Virus record (IMG/VR): IMGVR_UViG_3300025030_000054
Span: 32,001 to 96,000 of that record
Reading direction: 5' to 3' (one strand)
DNA length: 64,000 nucleotides
Source: a virus
Below are positions 1 through 9,274 of this stretch, one piece after another; position 1 is the stretch's first letter; each line of letters starts with the position of its first letter. Under the pieces are notes generated by a model. It had not been told where the DNA came from. It ran no database searches and saw nothing but the letters and a program-made list of their open reading frames with translations. A program made the position numbers and the translations under genes.

Positions 1-334
1 TAGAGCTGAATTAGTAAGACGTAATGAAGAAGTTAAGGTTACTATACTAGAGAAAGTTGCGGAGCCTAGTAAATTTAGTAAGATAGGAATGTCTCACCCA
101 AGTCACCATTCAGGAGTATTTAGGCATGAAGATGTGCTTTTGATATCTTTAGATTGGTTGCAAAAATCTAGGTACACTGGATTTAAGTGGAATACTGGAT
201 TTGGAATTAACATGCACTATTTCGAGATAGGCCATACTCCTACTTTAACTCTCCCAATAAAAGTATGGCCAAAGATAAAAAAGGCTATCGAAGCGTACAA
301 CGAATGGGGTGCTGAAAATCCTATAGAGGAGTGA
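1..334 (+). CDS. Paralogue-family member 1 (5'-truncated by window edge)
   Basis: Frame is open from nt 2 (RAELVRRNEEVKVTILEK...) into the listed 89..334 ORF; ends WPKIKKAIEAYNEWG like the other family members. Confidence 0.85.
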   Translation, partial: RAELVRRNEEVKVTILEKVAEPSKFSKIGMSHPSHHSGVFRHEDVLLISLDWLQKSRYTGFKWNTGFGINMHYFEIGHTPTLTLPIKVWPKIKKAIEAYNEWGAENPIEE

Positions 335-340
335 TAATGA

Positions 341-631
341 ATGAAACATTTAAAACTAAGAGCCAGACTCGTTCCAAACTCCAAAGAAGCAATTGTTACT
401 GTAGTTGAGCAGACACATGGATACTACGAGTTTGGGAATAGTGCAGGTAAGTCACACTTCAGATGTTCAGAAGGAGCTATAAGTTCACACCCGATGACTG
501 TGCCACTAATGGGTTCTAATTTATGGCTAGGAACAGGGCCTGGAATAGAATTCATAATACAACAATCACGGTGGCCTAAAATCAAAAAGTTAGTAGAAGC
601 ATACAATGAATGGGGAGCAACTCAACCTTAA
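341..631 (+). CDS. Paralogue-family member 2
   Basis: MKHLKLRARL..VTVVEQTH..EFGN ... WPKIKKLVEAYNEWG. Confidence 0.9.
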   Translation: MKHLKLRARLVPNSKEAIVTVVEQTHGYYEFGNSAGKSHFRCSEGAISSHPMTVPLMGSNLWLGTGPGIEFIIQQSRWPKIKKLVEAYNEWGATQP

Positions 632-648
632 CCGAGGAGGAACTTATT

Positions 649-1380
649 ATGCCAGTTGGAGAATTTGATTACGCAAAAGCTTTAATACCCGTCTACGATA
701 GCTTGTATAACCGAGCCGTAGCACTCATGGACAGGTTCAACCCATGCAATGTCTGCGATGGAGTTTGTGAGAGGCACCGGAGGCAAGGGGGTAGGAATTT
801 CTGCTGTGACGGTTGCTTGTATTTAGGTAAAGAGGGTTGTAGCGTAAAGGCTCTACAATGTAAACTCTGGATTTGCCGCTATGACCTTGTAGCACCAGTC
901 AATAAGAGAGCCTTCGATTCAATCATGTGGGGTCTTATGATAGAGGCTGCTGGGTTTAATCTCTTGTACGCCAGAGGAAGTATGGAAGACGCTATAGCAC
1001 AGGCTTGCCGGTACTACATAGAACATAAAGATGAAAGGGACAAACTCATGAAGGCTGCTGTAGAGTTTCAACCCAAGCCTATCTTCTTTGCCCCTCCCGT
1101 TTCTTCGTCGGGGGCTATGAAGGCAGCTTTTCCGGCTGCTTACGGTAGGCATGTTGGAGGCATGGATAGCACTTATACAGGTGCTTACAAAGCATCTAAG
1201 CCTATCTTATCCAGAGAAGAACCTGTGGTTAAAAAAGAGGAACCAATAAGACACAATTCTTTCGCTTCCACCTACAAAAGCCTTTATGGAAAAACCTTAT
1301 TTGAAGACTTCGAACCGTCCCCAAAGTTCTTTAAAGAAGAGGAGCCTATGGTTGAAGTAGCAACTGGGGATCACGTATGA
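649..1380 (+). CDS. Hypothetical protein, Cys-rich N-terminal domain (possible Zn/Fe-S binding) and low-complexity C-terminus
   Basis: GAGGAGG RBS before ATG 649; CNVC..C..CCDGC..C..C..C cluster. Confidence 0.75.
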   Translation: MPVGEFDYAKALIPVYDSLYNRAVALMDRFNPCNVCDGVCERHRRQGGRNFCCDGCLYLGKEGCSVKALQCKLWICRYDLVAPVNKRAFDSIMWGLMIEAAGFNLLYARGSMEDAIAQACRYYIEHKDERDKLMKAAVEFQPKPIFFAPPVSSSGAMKAAFPAAYGRHVGGMDSTYTGAYKASKPILSREEPVVKKEEPIRHNSFASTYKSLYGKTLFEDFEPSPKFFKEEEPMVEVATGDHV

Positions 1381-1640
1381 AATTAATTACTCCTGAAACT
1401 ACTTTCGATATGGTTACGTTTGACCTAGAAAATCCTGCCATAGACCCCTTCGTAGAAAGGTTGAATGAACGGGAAAGGCTAGAAAGTGGGCACTGCTGGG
1501 TTTGTTGCAATGAGTTTGACAAGGGATCTGGAAAATTACTTAGAGAATCAGACCCTAACTGTTACGAAATAGCCAACCGTTTAGATGTTTGTCCAAGTTG
1601 TTGTGGAGTTGTTAACCCAGACGCCTTTAATTTCTACTGA
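1377..1640 (+). CDS. Small zinc-ribbon hypothetical protein
   Basis: ATGA overlap; CWVC...CPSC. Confidence 0.7.
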   Translation: MKLITPETTFDMVTFDLENPAIDPFVERLNERERLESGHCWVCCNEFDKGSGKLLRESDPNCYEIANRLDVCPSCCGVVNPDAFNFY

Positions 1641-1646
1641 GCTAAG

Positions 1647-1666
1647 AAATTGGTAATTACCTATTT
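1647..1666. promoter_or_regulatory. Palindromic operator-like site (variant)
   Basis: AAATTGGTAATTACCTATTT, immediately before the RBS of paralogue 3. Confidence 0.7.
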
Positions 1667-1677
1667 AGGAGGAACTG

Positions 1678-2016
1678 ATGCCAGATAGTAAAGAAAGGAG
1701 GTGGGAAGGTGAAAAGAAATGGATCAAGTATCGTGCTAAATTAACCACAGATAAGAAATCAGTAGCTGTTACTATTTTAGAGCAGAGTCATAGGAGCTAT
1801 AACTTTGGAGTGGGAGGTGAGGATGAGTTTAGGTATCTCGGCTACGGCATAGGCAGTATCGCTTATCCAGATACGACTTCTGTGTTCACGTACCTACGAG
1901 GCAGCGAAACCAGCCGAGACGACACAACCATATACATGCCACTAGAAATGTACCAGAAGTTCAAAGCTACAGTTCTAGCTTATAACAAGTATTTTAAAGG
2001 CGACTCAGAAGACTAA
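1678..2016 (+). CDS. Paralogue-family member 3
   Basis: KWIKYRAKL..VTILEQSH..NFG ... KFKATVLAYNKYFK; AGGAGG RBS. Confidence 0.9.
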   Translation: MPDSKERRWEGEKKWIKYRAKLTTDKKSVAVTILEQSHRSYNFGVGGEDEFRYLGYGIGSIAYPDTTSVFTYLRGSETSRDDTTIYMPLEMYQKFKATVLAYNKYFKGDSED

Positions 2017-2090
2017 CCAATTAATTTATCTGAGTCTAACTTCCACCCCCAGCCTAACTACAGGCTGTACAAGACTAAGGAGAATACAAA

Positions 2091-2483
2091 ATGAAACACA
2101 TTAAACTCGAAGTAGCAGCTAACCCGGAATTCAGCCAGACACTTATCCGCGTAGTTAGCCAGACCAACGTAGGCAAAAAGTTCGGCAACATGAAAGGCGA
2201 CCTGCGTAAATTCAAAGCGGCCAACGGTCTTACAATCGCTAGCAACCTGTTCCCCGCTAAAGATGAGGACTTCAGGAACACTCAGACGATTTGGCTTCAG
2301 GGTCTTGGCTCTGCATCTCAAAATGCTACTTGCCTTGCCCTCCCCAATGACGTGGCAGTTAAACTTTGCGAGGCTGTTGAGGAGTATAATGAGTACTATA
2401 CCCAAGCTAACGTTAACCGCCGCGTGCAAGCCAAGCGTGAAGCTGCGGCACTTCGTAGTGGCCGTGTCGAGTACGTTGGGTAA
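2091..2483 (+). CDS. Paralogue-family member 4 (C-terminally extended)
   Basis: MKHIKL..VVSQTN..KFGN..IWLQG..AVEEYNEYY; TAAGGAG RBS. Confidence 0.9.
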   Translation: MKHIKLEVAANPEFSQTLIRVVSQTNVGKKFGNMKGDLRKFKAANGLTIASNLFPAKDEDFRNTQTIWLQGLGSASQNATCLALPNDVAVKLCEAVEEYNEYYTQANVNRRVQAKREAAALRSGRVEYVG

Positions 2484-2602
2484 GTAATTTTAGGAGCTGC
2501 ATGTTCAAGTAATGTGCAGCTTCATTTTCACAGTCACTATTTACGGTAACCCGCTCAACTTCTAAAAGAGGTTGATACAAACATCCATAAGGAGAATACA
2601 AA

Positions 2603-3064
2603 ATGAAACACATCAACGCTAAAGTAATGATTCTTCCGAGCTTTTCCAAGGGACTCATCAAGATCACCGGCCAGACCCACATCAACACTGCTTTCGGTAA
2701 CTCTGATGACGGCAAAACCTTCACAGCTACTAACGGTATTACTCTCGGAAGTAACCGCCGAGTCGCTAGGGATGCTGACGAGGTAAACACCATCTGGCTT
2801 CGTGGCACGGATACTTCTAAAAATTACACTTCGCTTGCTATTCCGGTGAAACGTCTTGGTAAAGTTGTCGATGCTATTAAGGAGTATAACGAGTACTACT
2901 CCGTAGCTAGCATTAACCAGCGAGTCAGGACTAAACGCGCAGCAGAAGCCGAAGCAGCTCGTCAGGCACTTATCGAAGCAGCTCGTCAGGCAGAACTCGC
3001 AAGGCAGGCTGAACTTGCTCGCCGTGCTGTTACTTTCTCTTCCTGCACGTTCATCGTAGGTTAA
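2603..3064 (+). CDS. Paralogue-family member 5 (coiled-coil C-terminal extension)
   Basis: MKHINAK..GQTH..AFGN..IWLRG..AIKEYNEYY; ARQAELARQAELAR tail. Confidence 0.9.
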   Translation: MKHINAKVMILPSFSKGLIKITGQTHINTAFGNSDDGKTFTATNGITLGSNRRVARDADEVNTIWLRGTDTSKNYTSLAIPVKRLGKVVDAIKEYNEYYSVASINQRVRTKRAAEAEAARQALIEAARQAELARQAELARRAVTFSSCTFIVG

Positions 3065-3071
3065 TCAAAAA

Positions 3072-3407
3072 GTGCCCCCGCGAGAGCATAGGCACATAAA
3101 GTATAGAGCTGAATTGTTGAGTTGTAGGAGTCGGGTTAAAGTCATGGTCCTTGAGCAAACCCACAGGGGCCGTGACTTTGCTTTACCAGAGGATGGGAGT
3201 GCTCTATACTCAGGTGGTCAGAGTTTTGAGCATGAGAACACAATATTGGGAAGCTGGTCTTACCCAGAGTTTTTAGATGGCCGTGACTGGGTGGCCTTGC
3301 GGGGAGACAACCCAGCAAGAGACTTATACCCCATAACATTCCCAACTCTGCAATCTTACTACGATTTTAAAGCTGCTGTGCTTGCCTACAATGAGAGGTA
3401 TAAGTAA
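3072..3407 (+). CDS. Paralogue-family member 6
   Basis: RHIKYRAEL..VMVLEQTH..DF ... FKAAVLAYNERYK. Confidence 0.85.
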   Translation: MPPREHRHIKYRAELLSCRSRVKVMVLEQTHRGRDFALPEDGSALYSGGQSFEHENTILGSWSYPEFLDGRDWVALRGDNPARDLYPITFPTLQSYYDFKAAVLAYNERYK

Positions 3408-3463
3408 CTAAAATTAACAATCTGGCTCCAAACTGAGTCATACAAACTAAAGGAGGATTCTTT

Positions 3464-3652
3464 ATGAAACGACAGAATTTTGACGCACGGGTAACTGTAA
3501 AGAGAGAAGCCGCCGTAGAGAGGGCCGCTGAAAGGTCTAAAAGGACTCCACAGGAGCAGCTAGATATTCTTGACAGTAGACTTGGAAAGGGAATTGGTGC
3601 AATAAAAGAGAGGGCTAAACTGCTATCAATCATCAACAAGCAGGAGGGTTAA
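3464..3652 (+). CDS. Small basic hypothetical protein
   Basis: AGGAGG RBS; packed between neighbours. Confidence 0.7.
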   Translation: MKRQNFDARVTVKREAAVERAAERSKRTPQEQLDILDSRLGKGIGAIKERAKLLSIINKQEG

Positions 3653-3653
3653 T

Positions 3654-4046
3654 ATGAGAGAAATCCAAGAAGGGGATATTGTTAAAAGTAGTTACCAAAG
3701 TATCTCAGTGGGAATTGTTGAAAGAATTTTTGAGGAAGACGGAGATAGGGTTGCTAAAATAAGGTATAAATATTGCGGAAGTATTCACGCAGACGAGTAC
3801 AGTATAGAAGACTTCACTCTGTATGAAACTCTCCCAACCTTTGAGGCCGAAATAACAGGACTCGGTTGTGGGAGACATGTAGCTAGAACCAATGCTGACA
3901 CTGAAGAGGGAGCTGTCTGCTGGTTTAACAAATTTATCAAAGGGGACGTGACAGATGTACTCGGTAGACATATCTCAGAAATTGTTAAAGTGTCAAGTAA
4001 GTCAGACACTTCCTCACTTATTATAACTTATATCAAAGCAGTTTAG
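3654..4046 (+). CDS. Hypothetical protein, SH3/KOW-like start; paralogue of 7456..7869
   Basis: IQEGDIV..GIV; FEAEITGLGCG..NADTEEGA resembles FKATFVSLGRG..NQPTEAAA. Confidence 0.75.
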   Translation: MREIQEGDIVKSSYQSISVGIVERIFEEDGDRVAKIRYKYCGSIHADEYSIEDFTLYETLPTFEAEITGLGCGRHVARTNADTEEGAVCWFNKFIKGDVTDVLGRHISEIVKVSSKSDTSSLIITYIKAV

Positions 4047-4090
4047 CTACTAACCACATCGTAGTGCCTAGATAGTCCTTGGAGGGAAAA

Positions 4091-4354
4091 ATGAGCAACA
4101 AAGTGTTTTGCCACGATTGTGGGTTGCAGTATGGCGGAGATGCTTGGATAGAAGCTGTGGTGCCGGACCAGATATGGGATCAAATACGCCCGACAGGTAG
4201 TAGTAAGGGTTGTGGCATACTCTGTGTTTCATGCATTGCCCGGAGGCTGCGGATATTGGGAATGAAAGATGTTCCAGTATGGTTCTGTGGGACTGAGCCT
4301 TTAATTGCTGTCGGAGGAGACCCTTCGGACCGGTTAGACCTTTTGAGAGGATAG
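4091..4354 (+). CDS. Small zinc-finger protein
   Basis: GGAGG RBS; CHDC...W...LCVSC. Confidence 0.7.
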   Translation: MSNKVFCHDCGLQYGGDAWIEAVVPDQIWDQIRPTGSSKGCGILCVSCIARRLRILGMKDVPVWFCGTEPLIAVGGDPSDRLDLLRG

Positions 4355-4454
4355 GCTGTCTGTTACGGGCACAGTCTTATAGGGTAGCCCCGCACTTGTT
4401 TGCTAGAAAAATACTAGAAGGTAAATTTAACCAACCTTAAACCAACAACTAACC

Positions 4455-4474
4455 AAATAGGTAATTACCTAAAT
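4455..4474. promoter_or_regulatory. Palindromic operator-like site
   Basis: AAATAGGTAATTACCTAAAT (14-bp perfect palindrome core), just before the RBS of 4491. Confidence 0.8.
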
Positions 4475-4490
4475 CAACGGAGGGAACAAA

Positions 4491-6074
4491 ATGAAAGATT
4501 TGTTGAAAACTACTGGCACGGTTTTGAGAAAACATGGTCTTCCTGATACAATGCTTGAGAAACTGCACGATCAGATGCGTGATGCAAAGAGCAGCCTTGA
4601 CTCCACTCTCGGTCTTACAGAATCCACTCTTTTCCGTAAGTCTATCCCGCTTGCTAGGAAAGAGGCAGATGTGCGTAAAGATTATCCGCAGACCTATTCG
4701 GTAATTGCTCATGTTCTTCATCAGGCAATTCAGGCAGGTTCTCCGATTGACTTGGGTTCTGTTTCTCTGATTGAAAATACCGTGAAAGTCAAGAATCAGG
4801 AAAGTAAACTGTCTAGGGTACTGGCCAAGCAACTTAAAGGACAAGAGGAAGTGCTCAAGTATTGTATGCCTGAACTCGGTATCAGCAAACCTGAGCAGTT
4901 TCTTCCTAAACTTGGCGATATAGTAAAGTCTGGAAGGCAACTTTGGGTTTCGACCAACATACTTGATTTCATTTATGCGTCGGAACATGCCTCCTTTACT
5001 TCTTGCCATTCCCTCAGCGGGTGCCACTTCAACGGTAACTTGGCATACGCTAGGGATGGTCTGACCTTGATAACCTTCGTTTCTGACGAAAAGGCAACCG
5101 CAGCGCAGCATGAAATTTATAAGCTGGGAAGGAGCTGGATGTTTGTCGTGGATAATACAATCATACAGCCCAAGTCTTATGGCGCTTACTACGATTTTGA
5201 AAGGGACACTGCGAGGCTGTTTGTAGAAGAGAAGATCGCGGAGTCTCTAGGGGTAGAAAACAAGTGGAAGATCAAACGCGGCGGTAGCATTGGCGAGGTA
5301 TATTTTGAGGAGCCTAAAGATAAGTATGCCAGCTCTGGTAGTGGTGCGCTCTACCTTGACAACTATGATCTGGATATCTCCTACATGGGTTCGTATAATT
5401 CTCCTAGCGTAGAGTTTTCTGCAGCAATGTGCTTGGAGTGTGGCCAGACCACTGATTATACTCAGAAGGGAGTTTGCACAGAACATGACGGCAAAGTTAA
5501 AGCAACCTGCCCGATCTGCGGAGAAAGGCACATCACTCACAATATGTACAACGTTGGTGGGGAAGAAGGTACTGTCTGTTCAACGTGCTTTACCCTAGAG
5601 TTTGGTCAGTGCAATCAGTGTGGAAACTATCATCGTAAGGGTGCTTTGGAAACTATCGACGGTAGGTTTGTTTGTGCTCCCTGCAAACAAAACCACTACA
5701 CAACCTGCGATTGCTGCGGAACTTTTAGCAAAAAAGACAAACTGGCTAATCTGAAAGGTGTTGGAAATGCTTGCCTTTCGTGCCAAGATAAGTACATGCT
5801 CTGCTCAATCTGTGGCGACTATCATCTTAAATCTGACGTTGAGTATTACAAGTATGTCGGTCGGGTGTGCAAAGTCTGCGTCGAATTTAGCACCTTCCCT
5901 TGCATTTCCTGCGGAGAAGTTCACCCTATGTCTGACAGAAAGGTAACTGGAAAGGAATCTCTCTGTACTGCTTGTGAGGCTCGTAGGGAAGGAAAAGAAG
6001 TTACACTTAAGTTTAAGCCTAAGTACGCTGATCTTCCTGAAGGTTGGGACGACTATGTAGAAGAAGTCGGCTAA
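4491..6074 (+). CDS. Large protein with tandem CxxC zinc-ribbon repeats
   Basis: About 11 CxxC motifs in ~32-aa repeats (CxxCGxxH...VCxxC) in the C-terminal 200 aa. Confidence 0.85.
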   Translation: MKDLLKTTGTVLRKHGLPDTMLEKLHDQMRDAKSSLDSTLGLTESTLFRKSIPLARKEADVRKDYPQTYSVIAHVLHQAIQAGSPIDLGSVSLIENTVKVKNQESKLSRVLAKQLKGQEEVLKYCMPELGISKPEQFLPKLGDIVKSGRQLWVSTNILDFIYASEHASFTSCHSLSGCHFNGNLAYARDGLTLITFVSDEKATAAQHEIYKLGRSWMFVVDNTIIQPKSYGAYYDFERDTARLFVEEKIAESLGVENKWKIKRGGSIGEVYFEEPKDKYASSGSGALYLDNYDLDISYMGSYNSPSVEFSAAMCLECGQTTDYTQKGVCTEHDGKVKATCPICGERHITHNMYNVGGEEGTVCSTCFTLEFGQCNQCGNYHRKGALETIDGRFVCAPCKQNHYTTCDCCGTFSKKDKLANLKGVGNACLSCQDKYMLCSICGDYHLKSDVEYYKYVGRVCKVCVEFSTFPCISCGEVHPMSDRKVTGKESLCTACEARREGKEVTLKFKPKYADLPEGWDDYVEEVG

Positions 6075-6085
6075 ATCTTCTTCAA

Positions 6086-6124
6086 GGCTGTCTAGTTTTG
6101 CTTTTGTTAGGGGACTAGACAGCC
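6086..6124 (+). other. Intergenic stem-loop (processing site or weak terminator)
   Basis: GGCTGTCTAGT...ACTAGACAGCC 11-bp inverted repeat without a U-tract. Confidence 0.45.
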
Positions 6125-6164
6125 ACTGTAAGTAAACTTGGAAGAACCTAAAGGGGGACATAGA

Positions 6165-7463
6165 ATGGGTTATAAATTAAACACAATTCAAGAAGTGCTG
6201 GAAATGCCTACTGACGAAATGCTCCCAGCGTGTACAGATTACCTACTAGACTACTTTGAAGCTGACCCGAAGTCTGATCCGAAGGTTTACGTTTTGGAGG
6301 ATGATTTTGTATATGCCATCGGAGAAAGTCCTATCACTATCGTAGCGCACGTTGATACGGTTCGTGATAGATACATGCAAAAAGTGCCTACAAAAAATAC
6401 AGCCAACATAGTTCTAGCGAGTAGCAAGAAAGATGATTCGATGGTTCTTTGTCAAGACAGAAATGTTATCACAAACCTCAACGGAGTTCTGGGGGCCGAT
6501 GACAGAGCGGGAGTCTTCGGGTGCCTTGAGATAGTCAGACGTTGTAGTGAAGCTGGCTTACCTTTGCCAAGTGTCATTCTTACTAACGGGGAAGAGAGCG
6601 GGGGAATTGGTGTTGGGGCTTTTTGCAGATCTAAAATCTTTGAAGAACATGACAAAGGAAGGACCAAACTCTTTGTAGAAATGGACCGCTGCAACGCTAC
6701 AGAATGGGTTACTTACGGTGCTAAACTGCCTTCGGAAGTAGTTTCGTATGTTGAGTCGTTCGGATTCCATAAAGGTCATGGGTCATATTCTGATATAGCA
6801 GACTTGCAGGAGGAATATTTAATTCCTGCTGTAAACGTAAGTATCGGATATTACTCACAGCATTCGGCTTGTGAAAAACTTCATGTGGATGAGATGTACT
6901 TAACCATTGAGAGAGTTTTTCAAATGGTTAAAGATCCTATTGACAAACTCTATAAAGTAGATGCTGATGTTAAGGGCTATGGGTGGGATGAAGATTGGTA
7001 CAACCATTATAACCACAAAAACTATGTCAGTACTAACCACAACAAACCAAAAACAGAAACTCCTAAAACAACTACTAACAAGACTACCAAAGGAGTTACT
7101 TCATTTCCACAAGGCAAGCCTGGAAAAACTTCTGTTGATAATGCTCTGGATGCTATTACGAGGGGTGGATTTTGTATCAGTTGTGGGCATATCTGGAGTG
7201 ATTGCGAATGCGGCGAAATGCTTAAGGACATTGCAGCATACATGTACAAGGAAGAGATAGAGTTCCTCTTAGAGAACTACCTGTTTCCGGAAGATTCTAT
7301 GCATATTCTTCTCACTGCGTTTTTGGAAATGGAAAATGACCAGATTGCTGCAATAGACGTTGCTGTTGTGGCTGACGAAGGGACCAAGCTGCTAATTCAA
7401 AATAATGCTGTTGAGCAGTTTGCTAAAGAATCTGAGAATAACGAGGGGGTAGGAAATGCCTAA
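6165..7463 (+). CDS. M20/M28-family zinc peptidase-like protein
   Basis: AHVDTV, LGADDRAG, GEESGG, EMD, SDI, YYSQH metal-ligand pattern. Confidence 0.85.
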   Translation: MGYKLNTIQEVLEMPTDEMLPACTDYLLDYFEADPKSDPKVYVLEDDFVYAIGESPITIVAHVDTVRDRYMQKVPTKNTANIVLASSKKDDSMVLCQDRNVITNLNGVLGADDRAGVFGCLEIVRRCSEAGLPLPSVILTNGEESGGIGVGAFCRSKIFEEHDKGRTKLFVEMDRCNATEWVTYGAKLPSEVVSYVESFGFHKGHGSYSDIADLQEEYLIPAVNVSIGYYSQHSACEKLHVDEMYLTIERVFQMVKDPIDKLYKVDADVKGYGWDEDWYNHYNHKNYVSTNHNKPKTETPKTTTNKTTKGVTSFPQGKPGKTSVDNALDAITRGGFCISCGHIWSDCECGEMLKDIAAYMYKEEIEFLLENYLFPEDSMHILLTAFLEMENDQIAAIDVAVVADEGTKLLIQNNAVEQFAKESENNEGVGNA

Positions 7464-7869
7464 GTTTAAGAGAGGAGATTTTGTACTAGATACCTACTAT
7501 GCTAGGCTAGGAATTGTTGCTGACACTGGCCAACACCGAATCAGAATATACCTACCTGACACTGATAGGTACCAAAATGAGAGCCCTAGCTACCTGAAAC
7601 CTCTAAAACGATCTTTCAAAGCTACCTTCGTGTCACTTGGCAGGGGTTCGGTAACAGCCATTATAAACCAACCCACAGAAGCTGCTGCTAGAGCTAGAGC
7701 TGCTAAACTAATTTCTAATTCTAGTCTAAGGGATAGCTGTGGGAATAGGCTTGAATCTTTAGGCTGGACTTATCCTTCATGTGAGGGGGCGAAAGAACTT
7801 AAGCCGATTCTAGTTCACTTAGAAGACTTAACCCCTATGCTTGAAGAAGGGCTGACTCATTTAACTTGA
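7456..7869 (+). CDS. Hypothetical protein, paralogue of 3654..4046
   Basis: FKRGDFV..LGIV; shared LGxG..NxxTExxA motif. Confidence 0.75.
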   Translation: MPKFKRGDFVLDTYYARLGIVADTGQHRIRIYLPDTDRYQNESPSYLKPLKRSFKATFVSLGRGSVTAIINQPTEAAARARAAKLISNSSLRDSCGNRLESLGWTYPSCEGAKELKPILVHLEDLTPMLEEGLTHLT

Positions 7870-7879
7870 GGAGGTACCT

Positions 7880-8434
7880 ATGGGGCATCATAAAGAGCTA
7901 CCTGAATCTGTGAAACAACATGCAGATAGGGTAGGTAGATTGGCCAGACTATCTGCAAGAGCTACTGGCAAAGACGAGAGAGCAGCTTATCTTGCGGGTA
8001 TTTTTCACGATGACGGGAAAGCTACCTTGCCTCCTGAACTGTTTGACGGCAGGGAGATAACCTTAGAAGAGTACTTGCTAATCAAAGAACACGCTATAAG
8101 AGGCTACCTTGATCTAAAAGAGAGGATGCCCTTCACCGGACTATGCTCTGGTTTACACCATGAAATGTCTGTGGTGGACGGCTATGGAATTACTTTGGAG
8201 GATATCCCTAAAGAATTATCTTTCGCAGACCTTAAAAAGATTTTAGACATTGCCACCATAGTTTCCATCGCAGACTTCATAGATGCTTATAATACTAGGA
8301 AGACTTCAATAGGACTTGGTGGTGCTAAAAAATTGGGGCTGAAAGAACTTCTCTGTAATAGGTACCCCTCAGAAATCCCTTTAGTGACTGTGATGTTGGA
8401 ATTGAGCGAAGAATTGTACAAACAAACCACCTGA
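7880..8434 (+). CDS. Stand-alone HD-GYP-like phosphohydrolase
   Basis: H..RV..LA, AGIFHDDGK, IKEH..GY, HHE...DGYG, IVSIADFIDA. Confidence 0.8.
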   Translation: MGHHKELPESVKQHADRVGRLARLSARATGKDERAAYLAGIFHDDGKATLPPELFDGREITLEEYLLIKEHAIRGYLDLKERMPFTGLCSGLHHEMSVVDGYGITLEDIPKELSFADLKKILDIATIVSIADFIDAYNTRKTSIGLGGAKKLGLKELLCNRYPSEIPLVTVMLELSEELYKQTT

Positions 8435-8455
8435 GAAACCAAAAGGAGAAATAAT

Positions 8456-9274
8456 ATGGATGAGAATAGCAAGCAGGGAGGTGAGGTGATTGAGAGTGTG
8501 GATTTAGGTAATACCAATTTAGAGCCTAAGCACAGGGAAAATTCATCTAAAGAATTATTTCAAAAAGATCCGGCAAGGTATTGGTACATTGAAGGAATGA
8601 GAGACGAAATAGAGTTACTGTACGAAGAGGCGGCTACTAAATACACCGCTGCGTACACTCAGGCAATTAGGGAAGGTAGATCTTCCGCGTTGCCTTACAA
8701 GTGGGAAGCCATGCGGTGTATTGAATTTGCAGCGATTTATAAAGGTTTAATGGATGAATGGGCAGCTACTAAAAATACTGGCCGAATGATTGACGAGCAT
8801 CAGCACATGGTTCACTGGTATGATGAGAAATCAGTGGTACCAAAAGAATTACTCGACGTGTACAAGAAAAAGGTTCCTGCGGGATTTCTATATAACGTAG
8901 TAATATATAACAGAGAAAATAAACAATGCCGGTTTGTCCACTCACTAGATTATCATAAGGACTCTGACCCTCTTATGGATAGAGAGTATGTTGCATATCC
9001 TGGAGGGTTTGTTCAGGCAAATGTGTATATCAAAGACCCTGAAGTTATCTTTCACAAGTGGATGTTAACCTCTAATAAACTTAATGACACACACGATTTC
9101 AGGAATGCGGTTAAGAGAAGCATCAGACTGAGGTACTTGCAAATGCCTGATTCGCTTAGACAAGAAATGCACAAGAGTAGTGTGTACAAAAAGTATGTGG
9201 CTCCCGCTATTGGAAATCGTAGTGTGGGTAGTTTGTTCGATGACTTTGTTGCCTACAAGGCTGGGTTAGTATGA
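8456..9274 (+). CDS. Hypothetical protein
   Basis: 272-aa ORF with AGGAG RBS; no recognisable motif. Confidence 0.75.
   Translation: MDENSKQGGEVIESVDLGNTNLEPKHRENSSKELFQKDPARYWYIEGMRDEIELLYEEAATKYTAAYTQAIREGRSSALPYKWEAMRCIEFAAIYKGLMDEWAATKNTGRMIDEHQHMVHWYDEKSVVPKELLDVYKKKVPAGFLYNVVIYNRENKQCRFVHSLDYHKDSDPLMDREYVAYPGGFVQANVYIKDPEVIFHKWMLTSNKLNDTHDFRNAVKRSIRLRYLQMPDSLRQEMHKSSVYKKYVAPAIGNRSVGSLFDDFVAYKAGLV

Noticed and set aside
5420-5990. CxxC-rich protein as a multiheme cytochrome
   Set aside because: Motifs are CxxCG/CxxC, not CxxCH, and there is no signal peptide; zinc ribbons fit better
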